A DNA stretch of 64,000 nucleotides from Hormiphora californensis (lineage: Eukaryota > Animalia > Ctenophora). Below the pieces are notes generated by a model, which was not told the DNA's origin, did no database searches, and was given only the letters and a program-made list of their open reading frames with translations. Below are positions 20,749-32,300 of this stretch, piece by piece. A program made the position numbers and the translations under genes. The stretch spans positions 2,418,001 through 2,482,000 of the forward strand of contig CM035358.1 in assembly GCA_020137815.1 (NCBI GenBank), written 5' to 3'. Every line of letters starts with the position of its first letter. Position 1 is the stretch's first letter.

Positions 20749-22876
20749 ATGTCAGAAGGACCGCCACCTAACATAGTGGAAGAAAGGCGAGGTCCTGTCT
20801 TACTGATGGATGCTCCACCTCCCAACCATCCCCCTCCAAGTACTGGAGGAGGAGGAGGTCCATTTCCTGGTGGAGGGGGTCCCCCAGGTGGAGGTGGTTT
20901 CAAGATGACAGACGGAGATTGGGCTTGTGATATTGATGGGTAGGTCCCCTCAACCTTAGTCCTTGTCATCCCCTTTCCACAGTACCCCATTGTTCTTTAT
21001 CTGAACATCCCTCTCACCCAAATATTATCCTCCACCCTTTTTACCTTTCTCGACCCACTCTTTCACCTCCCTCATCTCCTCCCTTGGGCCTTGCATTGCT
21101 CGACCCTGTCTCACATCAAAAAGGGTTTGAACAAAACATCCCCTCCTCTCAGATGTGGCAACATCAACTACGCCCGGAGGACTGAGTGTAATAGGTGTAA
21201 AGCCCCGAAACCGATATCAGCTAAGGGCAAGAAGCCGGGTGGCATGACAATCGGGAAACAGCTGGCAGAGAAAAGCAAGGGACTCTTTTCAGCTGATGAT
21301 TGGCAGTGTTCCACGTGTGGAAATGTTAACTGGGCCAGACGGTCAGGTACTAACACTTTCATGTTTTCCCACACCCCTGTCCAGTGTCCCTTCCCCGTTT
21401 TTTAACAATGCTCCTTTTATTCGATAAATTGATTTTCCGGGATCTGATCTGCTGTAATTTACCCCCGTCCTCTTATCCAGATTGTAACGTGTGCAAGGTG
21501 CCCAAAGTCGGCAAGATAGAAGAAAGGACGGGAGCGGGTGGAGGGTTTAACGAGCGGGGAATTGTTGAGTACAAGGAGAGGGTGGATAGTGACGGGGAAT
21601 ATGATGACGTAAGTATGACAGAAACTCCCAAATTCAATGCCTATCAGTTCTTGTATAAAATCTTGTCTCTCACACTCCCACTACCTTGCCACATCGAATC
21701 CCAACCATCTTCATGTTACATGTTTCCAACTTTAATTCCACAATATAATACCAACATCCTTCTTCCCTCAGTTTGGTAGAAAGAAAAAGAAAAGGACCGG
21801 CGGTGGTGGTGAACCTACAACACCCACAACACCAGCCCCTTCCTTCCCTCCCAGACCATCAGCCCCTAGACAACTATCTACCACCGCTAGACAACTATCT
21901 GCTGCTGCCATTGAGAAGGAGGAGGAGGAGTCAGGGGAAGAGGAGGACATGAGCCGATATGCCCTGGATGATTCTGAAGAAGAAGAGGGGAGGTAAGGTA
22001 ATCTCCGGACCAAGGTGATTATATCTTTTTTACACTATCTCAGAGAGATGTCCTTGGAAATGCTTTGAGGTTTCATGCTGCGTGACCTGTTTTGGCCAAT
22101 CTCAGATCAGATTGTTGAGTTATGATTGGATAATTCAGGTCACGTGAGGCAGATCCTGGCTTTTTCTTGGGCTCCTCATCATGTCTTTCTCTTTTACTCC
22201 TCGTTTTTCTGTCTTGTGTCTATATTTTGGTGTTTAGTTCCTGTTAATTTCAGTTCATCAAGCTCATCTTCGTCTGAAGAGGAAGCTCCTGCCAAGAAAA
22301 AGGAAAACACCTCTCCTAAAAGGTTAGTTCCTCCCCCAATCAGGTTTCAACTTTCATAATACAGTCGGACCCCGATTTAGTGGCATCCTCGGGGGGGGGG
22401 GGGGGGGGGGGAAATCCTGCCACTAAATCGGGGTCCGACAGTACCTTTTGACAATCCAATTTCTAAAATCCTTAAAATCCTAAAACTTTTGAAATCTAAC
22501 CACGCCTCTCCTCTGCAGTTCAAAATCCAAGAACGGTAGATCTCGAGGAAGGTCGAATAGTGAAGAGCGTGATAAACGACGGAGACGTAGATCATCCTCA
22601 TCATCTCCCAAGAGGGGACATACGTCACGTGATAAATCACGCGATAAGAGTAAATCACGTGATAAAAGCAAATCACGTGATAGGAAGAGACGGTCCCGAT
22701 CCCGATCGAGAGACAGAAGGCGTTCCCGGTCCCGATCGAGAGACAGGAGGCGGTCTAGAGAGGGAAGGGATGATAAGAGAAGGAGATCCAGATCACCACG
22801 TCGTGATAGTAGGAGCTCCAAATCTCGGAGGTCCTCACCGCCACGTGATAGAAGGAGGAGGAGATCATCTAGTTAG
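20749..22876 (+). CDS. ZRANB2: RanBP2-type zinc finger RS splicing factor; exons 20749-20939, 21153-21346, 21481-21608, 21772-21992, 22254-22322, 22519-22876
   Basis: FKMTDGDWAC..CGNINYARRTECNRC, IGKQLAEKSKGLFSADDWQCSTCGNVNWARRSDCNVC, EERTGAGGGFNER, EYDDFGRKKKK, C-terminal RS domain. Confidence 0.94.
22362..22441. mobile_element. TA-flanked MITE family CAGTCGGACCCCGATTTA (Tc1/mariner-like), short copy
   Basis: TIRs flanked by TA; family recurs at least 6 more times in the window. Confidence 0.75.
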
Positions 22877-23374
22877 CAGGTACGGGGATTGTTCGTTAGA
22901 CAAATATATATTACAACAAAATAATACAACTGTATTTTGGACTTTGAAGTTTTAAAGCTGCCAAACAACGACGTTTTAAACCATATAATCAGCTCCATTT
23001 CAGGAATGATTTGATTCATTACGAGCCAAGTTTACAGCTGAAGAAGACACGTCCAGCGGTATCAGTGATCAGAAGAAGAAGAAGAAGAAAGGAAGAAGAA
23101 CCTCGCCCATGTTATAACTCAGAGAATAGAAGGAGCCATTTTGTGAAAAAAGAAACTATTGTATTTATGAACACAACAAAATATATATATGAAAATCCAG
23201 AAATATGGAGACAATCGCACGCACTTTTCAGTTTTGATGTGTCTATTATGTGATATTGTGAATTTTCCTAACATTAATTAATAACGCTTATGTGAGCTGT
23301 CGTCACGTGCAACACGAAAAAACCCTATTGGGTTTTACAATATTTTCCACGGTCATAGCTCTACCTTGGTAGTA

Positions 23375-26300
23375 ATCTCTAAGAAACTATCCCACTCTGA
23401 CCTTCTTTATCTCTAAGAAACTTTCCCACTTTGACCCTCCTTACAGTGGTCATCCGACATATTCCGACGTGAAATTCGACCTGAATCTCGACCTGGAATG
23501 AGGCGCGCATCAGAGAGATGTGCCGCAGTAAGCAAATGATGTCGCGCTTCAACTCTTCTCTCTCGTTAGTCTTTATGTCTCTCTCACTACGAATGCGCGC
23601 CTCATTCCAGGTCGAGATTCAGGTCGAATTTCACGTCGAGGTATGGCAATTATGTCGGATGACCACTGTTATCTTTAAGAAACTATCCCACTCTGACCTT
23701 CTTTATCTCTAACAAACTTTCCCACTTTGACCCTCCTTATCTCTAATGAACTTTCCCACTTTGACCCTCCTAATCTCTAAGAAACTTTCCCACTTTGAAC
23801 CTCCTTATCTCTAATAAACTTTCCCACTTTGACCCTCCTTATCTTTAAGAAACTTTCCCACTTTGACCCTCCTAATCTCTAAGAAACTATCCCTCTTTGA
23901 CCTTCCTTATCTTTAAGAAACTTTCCCACTTTGACCTTCCTTATCTCTAAGAAACTTTCCCACTTTCACCCTCCTTATCTCTAAGAAACTTTCCCACTTT
24001 GACCCTCCTCATCTCTAAGAAACTTTCCCACATTGAACATCCTTATCTCTAAGAAACTTTCCCACTTTGACCCTCCTTATCTCTAAGAAACTTTCCCACT
24101 TTGACCCTCCTTATCTCTAAGAAACTTTCCCACTTTGACCCTCCTCATCTCTAAGAAACTTTCCCACATTGAACATCCTTATCTCTAAGAAACTTTCCCA
24201 CTTTGACCCTCCTTATCTCTAAGAAACTTTCCCACTTTGACCTTCCTTATCTCTAAGAAACTTTCCCACTTTGACCCTCCTTATCTCTAAGAAACTTTCC
24301 CACATTGAACCTCCTTATCTCTAAGAAACTTTCCCACTTTGACCCTCCTTATCTCTAAGAAACTTTCCCACTTTGACCTTCCTTATCTTTAAGAAACTTT
24401 CCCACTTTCACCCTCCTTATCTCTAAGAAACTTTCCCACTTTGACCCTCCTAATCTCTAAGAAACTTTCCCACTTTGACCCTCCTTATCTCTAAGAAACT
24501 TTCCCACTTTGACCTTCCTTATCTTTAAGAAACTATCCCACTCTGACCTTCTTTATCTCTAACAAACTTTCCCACTTTGACCCTCCTTATCTCTAATGAA
24601 CTTTCCCACTTTGACCCTCCTAATCTCTAAGAAACTTTCCCACTTTGAACCTCCTTATCTCTAATAAACTTTCCCACTTTGACCCTCCTTATCTTTAAGA
24701 AACTTTCCCACTTTGACCCTCCTAATCTCTAAGAAACTATCCCTCTTTGACCTTCCTTATCTTTAAGAAACTTTCCCACTTTGACCTTCCTTATCTCTAA
24801 GAAACTTTCCCACTTTCACCCTCCTTATCTCTAAGAAACTTTCCCACTTTGACCCTCCTCATCTCTAAGAAACTTTCCCACATTGAACATCCTTATCTCT
24901 AAGAAACTTTCCCACTTTGACCCTCCTTATCTCTAAGAAACTTTCCCACTTTGACCCTCCTTATCTCTAAGAAACTTTCCCACTTTGACCCTCCTTATCT
25001 CTAAGAAACTTTCCCACTTTGACCCTCCTCATCTCTAAGAAACTTTCCCACATTGAACATCCTTATCTCTAAGAAACTTTCCCACTTTGACCCTCCTTAT
25101 CTCTAAGAAACTTTCCCACTTTGACCTCCTTATCTCTAAGAAACTTTCCCACTTTGACCCTCCTTATCTCTAAGAAACTTTCCCACTTTGACCCTCCTTA
25201 TCTCTAAGAAACTTTCCCACATTGAACCTCCTTATCTCTAAGAAACTTTCCCACTTTGACCCTCCTTATCTCTAAGAAACTTTCCCACTTTGACCTTCCT
25301 TATCTTTAAGAAGCTTTCCCACTTTCACCCTCCTTATCTCTAAGAAACTTTCCCACTTTCACCCTCCTTATCTCTAAGAAACTTTCCCACTTTGACCCTC
25401 CTCATCTCTAAGAAACTTTCCCACATTGAACATCCTTATCTCTAAGAAACTTTCCCACTTTGACCCTCCTTATCTCTAAGAAACTTTCCCACTTTGACCC
25501 TCCTCATCTCTAAGAAACTTTCCCACATTGAACCTCCTTATCTCTAAGAAACTTTCCCACTTTGACCCTCCTTATCTCTAAGAAACTTTCCCACTTTGAC
25601 CCTCCTCATCTCTAAGAAACTTTCCCACATTGAACCTCCTTATCTCTAAGAAACTTTCCCACTTTGACCCTCCTTATCTCTAAGAAACTTTCCCACTTTG
25701 ACCCTCCTTATCTCTAAGAAACTTTCCCACTTTGACCCTCCTTATCTCTAAGAAACTTTCCCACTTTGACCCTCCTTATCTCTAAGAAACTTTCCCACTT
25801 TGACCCTCCTTATCTCTAAGAAAGTTTCCCACTTTGACCCTCCTTATCTCTAAGAAACTTTCCCACTTTGACCCTTCCTATCTCTAAGAAACTTTCCCAC
25901 TTTGAACCTCCTTATCTCTAAGAAACTTTCCCACTTTGACCCTCCTTATCTCTAAGAAACCTCCTTATCTCTAAGAAACTTTCCCACTTTGACCCTCCTT
26001 ATCTCTAAGAAACTTTCCCACTTTGACCCTCCTTATCTCTAAGAAACTTTCCCACTTTGACCCTCCTTATCTCTAAGAAACTTTCCCACTTTGACCCTCC
26101 TCATCTCTAAGAAACTTTCCCACATTGAACCTCCTTATCTCTAAGAAACTTTCCCACTTTGACCCTCCTGATCTCTAAGAAACTTTCCCACTTTGACCTT
26201 CCTTATCTCTAAGAAACTTTCCCACTTTGACCCTCCTTATCTCTAAGAAACTTTCCCACATTGAACCTCCTTATCTCTAAGAAACTTTCCCACTTTGACC

Positions 26301-28066
26301 CTCCTTATCTCTAAGAAACTTTCCCACTTTGACCTTCCTTATCTCTAAGAAACTTTCCCACTTTCACCCTCCTTATCTCTAAGAAACTTTCCCACTTTCA
26401 CCCTCCTTATCTCTAAGAAACTTTCCCACTTTGACCCTCCTCATCTCTAAGAAACTTTCCCACATTGAACATCCTTATCTCTAAGAAACTTTCCCACTTT
26501 GACCCTCCTTATCTCTAAGAAACTTTCCCACTTTGACCCTCCTTATCTCTAAGAAACTTTCGCACTTTGAACCTCCATATCTCTAAGAAACTTTCCCACT
26601 TTGACCCTCCTTATCTCTAAGAAACTTTCCCACTTTGACCCTCCTTATCTCTAAGAAACTTTCCCACTTTGACCCTCCTTATCTCTAAGAAACTTTCCCA
26701 CTTTGACCCTCCTTATCTCTAAGAAACTTTCCCACTTTGACCCTCCTTATCTCTAAGAAACTTTCCCACTTTGACCCTCCTTATCTCTAAGAAACTTTCC
26801 CACTTTGACCCTCCTTATCTCTAAGAAACTTTCCCACTTTGACCCTCCTTATCTCTAAGAAACTTTCCCACTTTGACCCTCCTTATCTCTAAGAAACTTT
26901 CCCACTTTGACCCTCCTTATCTCTAAGAAACTTTCCCACTTTGACCCTCCTTATCTCTAAGAAACTTTCCCACTTTGACCCTCCTTATCTCTAAGAAACT
27001 TTCCCACTTTGACCCTCCTTATCTCTAAGAAACTTTCCCACTTTGACCCTCCTTATCTCTAAGAAACTTTCCCACTTTGACCCTCCTTATCTCTAAGAAA
27101 CTTTCCCACTTTGACCCTCCTTATCTCTAAGAAACTTTCCCACTTTGACCCTCCTTATCTCTAAGAAACTTTCCCACTTTGACCCTCCTTATCTCTAAGA
27201 AACTTTCCCACTTTGACCCTCCTTATCTCTAAGAAACTTTCCCACTTTGACCTCCTTATCTCTAAGAAACTTTCCCACTTTGACCCTCCTTATCTCTAAG
27301 AAACTTTCCCACTTTGACCCTCCTTATCTCTAAGAAACTTTCCCACTTTGACCTTCCTTATCTCTAAGAAACTTTCCCACTTTGACCCTCCTTATCTCTA
27401 AGAAACTTTCCCACTTTGACCCTCCTTATCTCTAAGAAACTTTCCCACTTTGACCCTCCTTATCTCTAAGAAACTTTCCCACTTTGACCCTCCTCATCTC
27501 TAAGAAACTTTCCCACATTGAACCTCCTTATCTCTAAGAAACTTTCCCACTTTGACCCTCCTTATCTCTAAGAAACTTTCCCACTTTGACCCTCCTTATC
27601 TCTAAGAAACTTTCCCACTTTGACCCTCCTTATCTCTAAGAAACTTTCCCACATTGAACCTCCTTATCTCTAAGAAACTTTCCCACTTTGACCCTCCTCA
27701 TCTCTAAGAAACTTTCCCACATTGAACATCCTTATCTCTAAGAAACTTTCCCACTTTGACCCTCCTTATCTCTAAGAAACTTTCCCACTTTGACCTTCCT
27801 TATCTCTAAGAAACTTTCCCACTTTGACCCTCCTCATCTCTAAGAAACTTTCCCACTTTGAACCTCTTTATCTCTAAGAAACTTTCCCACTTTGACCCTC
27901 CTTATCTCTAAGAAACTTTCCCATTTTCAACCTCCTTATCTCTAATAAACTTTCCCCCTTTGACCCTCCTTATCTCTAAGAAACTTTCCCACTTTGACCC
28001 TCCTTATTTCTAAGATACTTTCCCACTTTGACCCTCCTTATCTCTAAGAAACTTTCCCACTTTGAC
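23375..28066. repeat. 34-bp tandem satellite (ATCTCTAAGAAACTTTCCCACTTTGACCCTCCTT), ~130 units
   Basis: Direct reading; head-to-tail units without spacers; variant units cluster at the edges and the core near 26.6-27.2 kb is homogeneous. Confidence 0.98.
23444..23668. mobile_element. MITE (TIR CAGTGGTCATCCGACATA) inserted into the satellite, 3-bp TSD TTA
   Basis: Long inverted arms; the satellite unit ...CCTCC TTA TCT... is split with TTA on both sides. Confidence 0.82.
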
Positions 28067-28218
28067 ATTTTTAAAAAAAGCTAAAAAAAAGCCAATGGTA
28101 CCCTGATTTTGGCCGATGGCTTGGCTTTTTTAGGGCTGGACCCCCCCTACCCAATAAATCCGTCTGGCGCCGCGACCCCATCTGAGCGCAATCAAATGGG
28201 GTATGGCGCCGCCATATA

Positions 28219-29080
28219 CAGTCGGACCCCGATTTAACGGCACCCTCGGGGGAAAGGGTTTTGTCCGTTAAATCGGGGTGTCCGTTAAATCGGGGTAGAG
28301 CATATTTGGCCCATAAAACCATATTTTTGTCCAAAATGCTATACTAAAACACCTCTAAGTGTGAAATGCAATGTCCATGTATTAATTACATGATCATTTC
28401 TGATTAGAAAAAGAAAATAATTGAAAATCTTTTTTAAAGTCATAAAAATTTTCTAAGGTACTATATCAACCACGTCTGAATCGTTTATCGAATCAGTGCA
28501 TCTTATCGTATGTCTTGCTGCTAATTAGACGGTTAGAAACGAACCGATACGTGATACCATGCCAAATCGGGGCACTTTAAGCGGGGTGAGGAAGAATTCG
28601 AATTTCAAAATATATTTTTCTCTGAAAATTCATGGGGAGCACCGATCAAAGCATTGACAATCATTCTGTAAAATTTTGCAAAAAAAAAGTTATGAAAATT
28701 TTTCAAAGGTATATCAACCACATCCGAATCGTGTTTCGAATCAGTGCACCTTATCGCACGCCCTGTCGCTAATTAGACGGTTCAAAACGAACCGATACGT
28801 GATCCCCATGGGACCAGTTTAACAAGCGTCAAAATTTCGATTCGATGGGATTCATGCGGATCACATATCTGTTCGTTTCGAACCGTCTAATTACCGGCAA
28901 GACATGCAACAAGATGCACCGATTCGAAACACGATTCGGAAGTGGTTGATACACGTTTGAAAAATTTTAAAAAAATTTTCAAAAATTTAAACAAAATTTC
29001 AAAAATTTTTGGGGGAAATTTATCCTGCCGTTAAATCGGGGTGCCGCTAAATCGGGGGCCGTTAAATCGGGGTCCGACTG
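28219..29080. mobile_element. TA-flanked MITE CAGTCGGACCCCGATTTAACGG, long copy
   Basis: TIRs, TA on both sides, repeated subterminal TAAATCGGGG motifs; interior shared with 32450-32933. Confidence 0.85.
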
Positions 29081-29314
29081 TATGGTCCCCAATCGACATC
29101 TATATAATCCCCCGATCAGTGCCCACCATTCACTCGTTTTTTGATCGACTATCCCATTCCATTTCCCACCCATTGATGATATCCCCAAACCCAACCTGCC
29201 AGTCTGATAGCCATGACAATAACATCCGGTACATAACACACTCCCATATCTTCCAACATTATTAATTGGAACAGTATTAATTATCCATTTAGTTAGCAGT
29301 TTCTCTCTTTTCAG

Positions 29315-32300
29315 CTAGGATAGGTCCGTTGGTTCGGGATACTCCTTGCTGTGACCCTTTGAAAACTCGGAGAGGAATCCACTTAGGGCCAAGAACACTA
29401 TCCTCTCCATAGGTTCGTCTTTCCAACAATCACTTATCCACTTCCATAGCTCCTAAAGTTATGTATCATTAGTTAATTTGTTAATGAGTCGATCAATTAA
29501 ATCTTGAATTTTAATCTTCACTAATCTTCATCTAAATTCTTTAGATCTCTGGATAAAAATTTGGCAATGATAATGAAGGAACTGTGGAAATGACTCAAGG
29601 TTGGTACCTGATCGCTTGCCAGCGCTTTGTCTTGTGAGATCGACATTCTCACGTGTGTCAGTATGTACAGTCGGACCCCGATTAAACGGCCGTTAAATCG
29701 GGGTCCGACTGTAGTACTTTTATTACAACTACGGGGGGGGGGGGGGGTGGTCCAGCCCTAAAAAAGCTAAAGGTACCCTGATTTTTATTTGGTCGATGGC
29801 GTTTTTTTAGCTTTTTTTAGCATGTTTTAGCTTTTTTAGCCCCCATTTTCTGAAAAAGGGCACAAAAAACCTAAATAAAGCTAAAAAAGGTACCCTAATT
29901 TTGGCTGATGGCTTAACTTTTTTAGGGCTGGACCCCCCCCCCTACAACACAACAGTTACCTCCGGACAGACATCAGGTTTATCCAACCTTTCTCCGTTGT
30001 GAATCTTTGTGGCGAGTTCCTTGTTGGTTAGGGTAACAAAGGGCTGTGCTCCAAAGGAGAACACCTCCCAAACCTGGGAAATAGGTGTTGAAAATAGGGC
30101 TTCGTATCATCGCTAGGGGGGGGGGGGGGGCAATGCCCAATATCTTGTCGTTGTACGTACCAAGACTCCGAATCCCCAAATATCGTTAGCGGTGGTGTAC
30201 CGGCCATATGTCAGGGCCTCTGGGGCCATCCATTTGATGGGCACCATACCACCTTCCTGTAACAGGGAGGGTTGTCTACATAACCTGCCAGGCATCGCGC
30301 TCACCCATTTTGACACAATGAGTGGTCACTAATGCCTGGCCACTGGTCATGCATCACGCTGACAGTCTACATGCATCAATAGAGCATTGTGACGGCGTGG
30401 CGCCGCCCTCAGATGAAAACGGGGTATGGCACCGTCAGATAGAACTGCTAACAAATGCTCTATTTACCATAACAAACCTTTTTGTAATAGTTTTTGCCCT
30501 GCCCGGCGGTATCTCGAGACATTCCAAAGTCAGATAGTTTTACCACAAGGTTGTCGCCGACAAGGCAATTCCGGGCACTCACATCCCTATTAGAATAGTT
30601 GTTGTTACTCTACCCAAGAATAAGGGGGTTGCTGTTACTCTACCCAACAATAGTCCTACCAGCCACCAGGTTAACGCAAGGGTATACCTGTGAACGAGAT
30701 TATACCGGGGGGTAACCATGGTGACAAATACCTGTGAACGAGGCCTTTCTCTGAGAGATAGTCGAGGGCATCACAAGGCTGGACACACAGCCATGACAGT
30801 TGGGAGACAGACAGTCGGCCTTTGGGGTGCTCCTTGTTCGGTCCTGCAGTAGTGGGAGTTTTCTGGTGACACGCCAACCTGATCTGAGCCACACGCTCAG
30901 AGAATCAAAAAGGGGCCTGTTGACTGTTGAATAAGGTCCAGACCCCGATTTGATTCTCAAAGCGACAGTGCGCTCAGCAGACATGGGGTCGGCGGCGCCT
31001 AGACAGATCAAACGGGGTCTGTTTACACGATTCGACAAGCTTATAATGCCTAAAATCATCCCATACCTAACTTCATAACGAATGTGTTGAGGGGTCCATT
31101 GCTCATGACCTCCATCACGATAAGAACAGGTAGAGCGGTACTACTGATTCCCAGGAACCTCACAATATTCTCATGACTCATCACACCCATTATACCCATC
31201 TCTTTCTCGAATTCCAGCAATGGTCCAACTTCAAATGCTGAGGGGAAGTGGTTTTGAAAACTATAGCCGCTCCTCATTCATGAAGAAAGCTGATATGATT
31301 GATTATACCCATCAAGTCCCGAAAAAGTGACAGATATAGGGAGAGAGAATTGATTAAAAACCATAAAAGGTCCTTACAATCATGCTCCTTGATAGTTTTC
31401 ACTGCCACGGTCCGTATTATCCCAGTTGAATCTGGCATAGTTCCAAGGTATACTGCTCCAAAATTCCCCATCCCAATCTGCTCTTTTATCATTAAACTGG
31501 ACCGCTGGATCTCCCATCGAGCATACTTCGTACTAATCTGAGATAGTAATTAGTTCTCCAGACGATATATATGTATTTCATTTCAAATAATAATTTAGCA
31601 CTGGTGCGAACACCATGGTTTCTTTCGGGTGGCGCCAGACAAATGGAAATTTCCTGCCCCCCCCCCTTTATGAAAACACCTACTGCTTCTTCATCAAAAC
31701 ACCTACTGCTCCTTCATCAAAACACCTACTGCTCCTTCATCAAAACATCTACTGATCAATGCTCCTTCATCAAAAAACCTACTCGATCTAGAATGGTAGA
31801 AACACTGTTCATGGCAGCATCTAGGGGTGATGTATGTGTAGGGTGTGCTCCTTGTTCCTCTTCATACTCGTTGTTCGATCTCATCATCAATTCCCGGTGG
31901 GCATTGATTCTCTGGCTCTGTGGAAATAACATTCGGTATATGATACAGTCAGACCAAAAAATATTTTTCTCTAAGCATCCCGGTAAATCTTATTGAGAAA
32001 GTTATACTCAACAAGGTAAATCAGGGTTCGACTGTACACATCTTCACCCAAGTCCCAAAACAAATAAATTGTGATTGAGAGCTGCAGTGAGTAGTGAAAC
32101 ATTGATTTATATCAATCGCGTACTCTAATAAGGCGTTTTCGCTCTTTCCTCTTTTTCACAAGGACCACAACTACGGCTGCTAGGATACCAATTGAAATGA
32201 GACTACCCAACACTGCTCCGATGTACTCTCCTACCCTGAAAGATTCATTTATTCAACTACAGTCGGACCCCAATTTACCGGGATCCTCGGGGGAAGCCAT

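Noticed and set aside
23375-28066. CRISPR array (34-bp periodic repeat)
   Set aside because: Units are head-to-tail with no unique spacers, there are no cas genes, and the context is eukaryotic.
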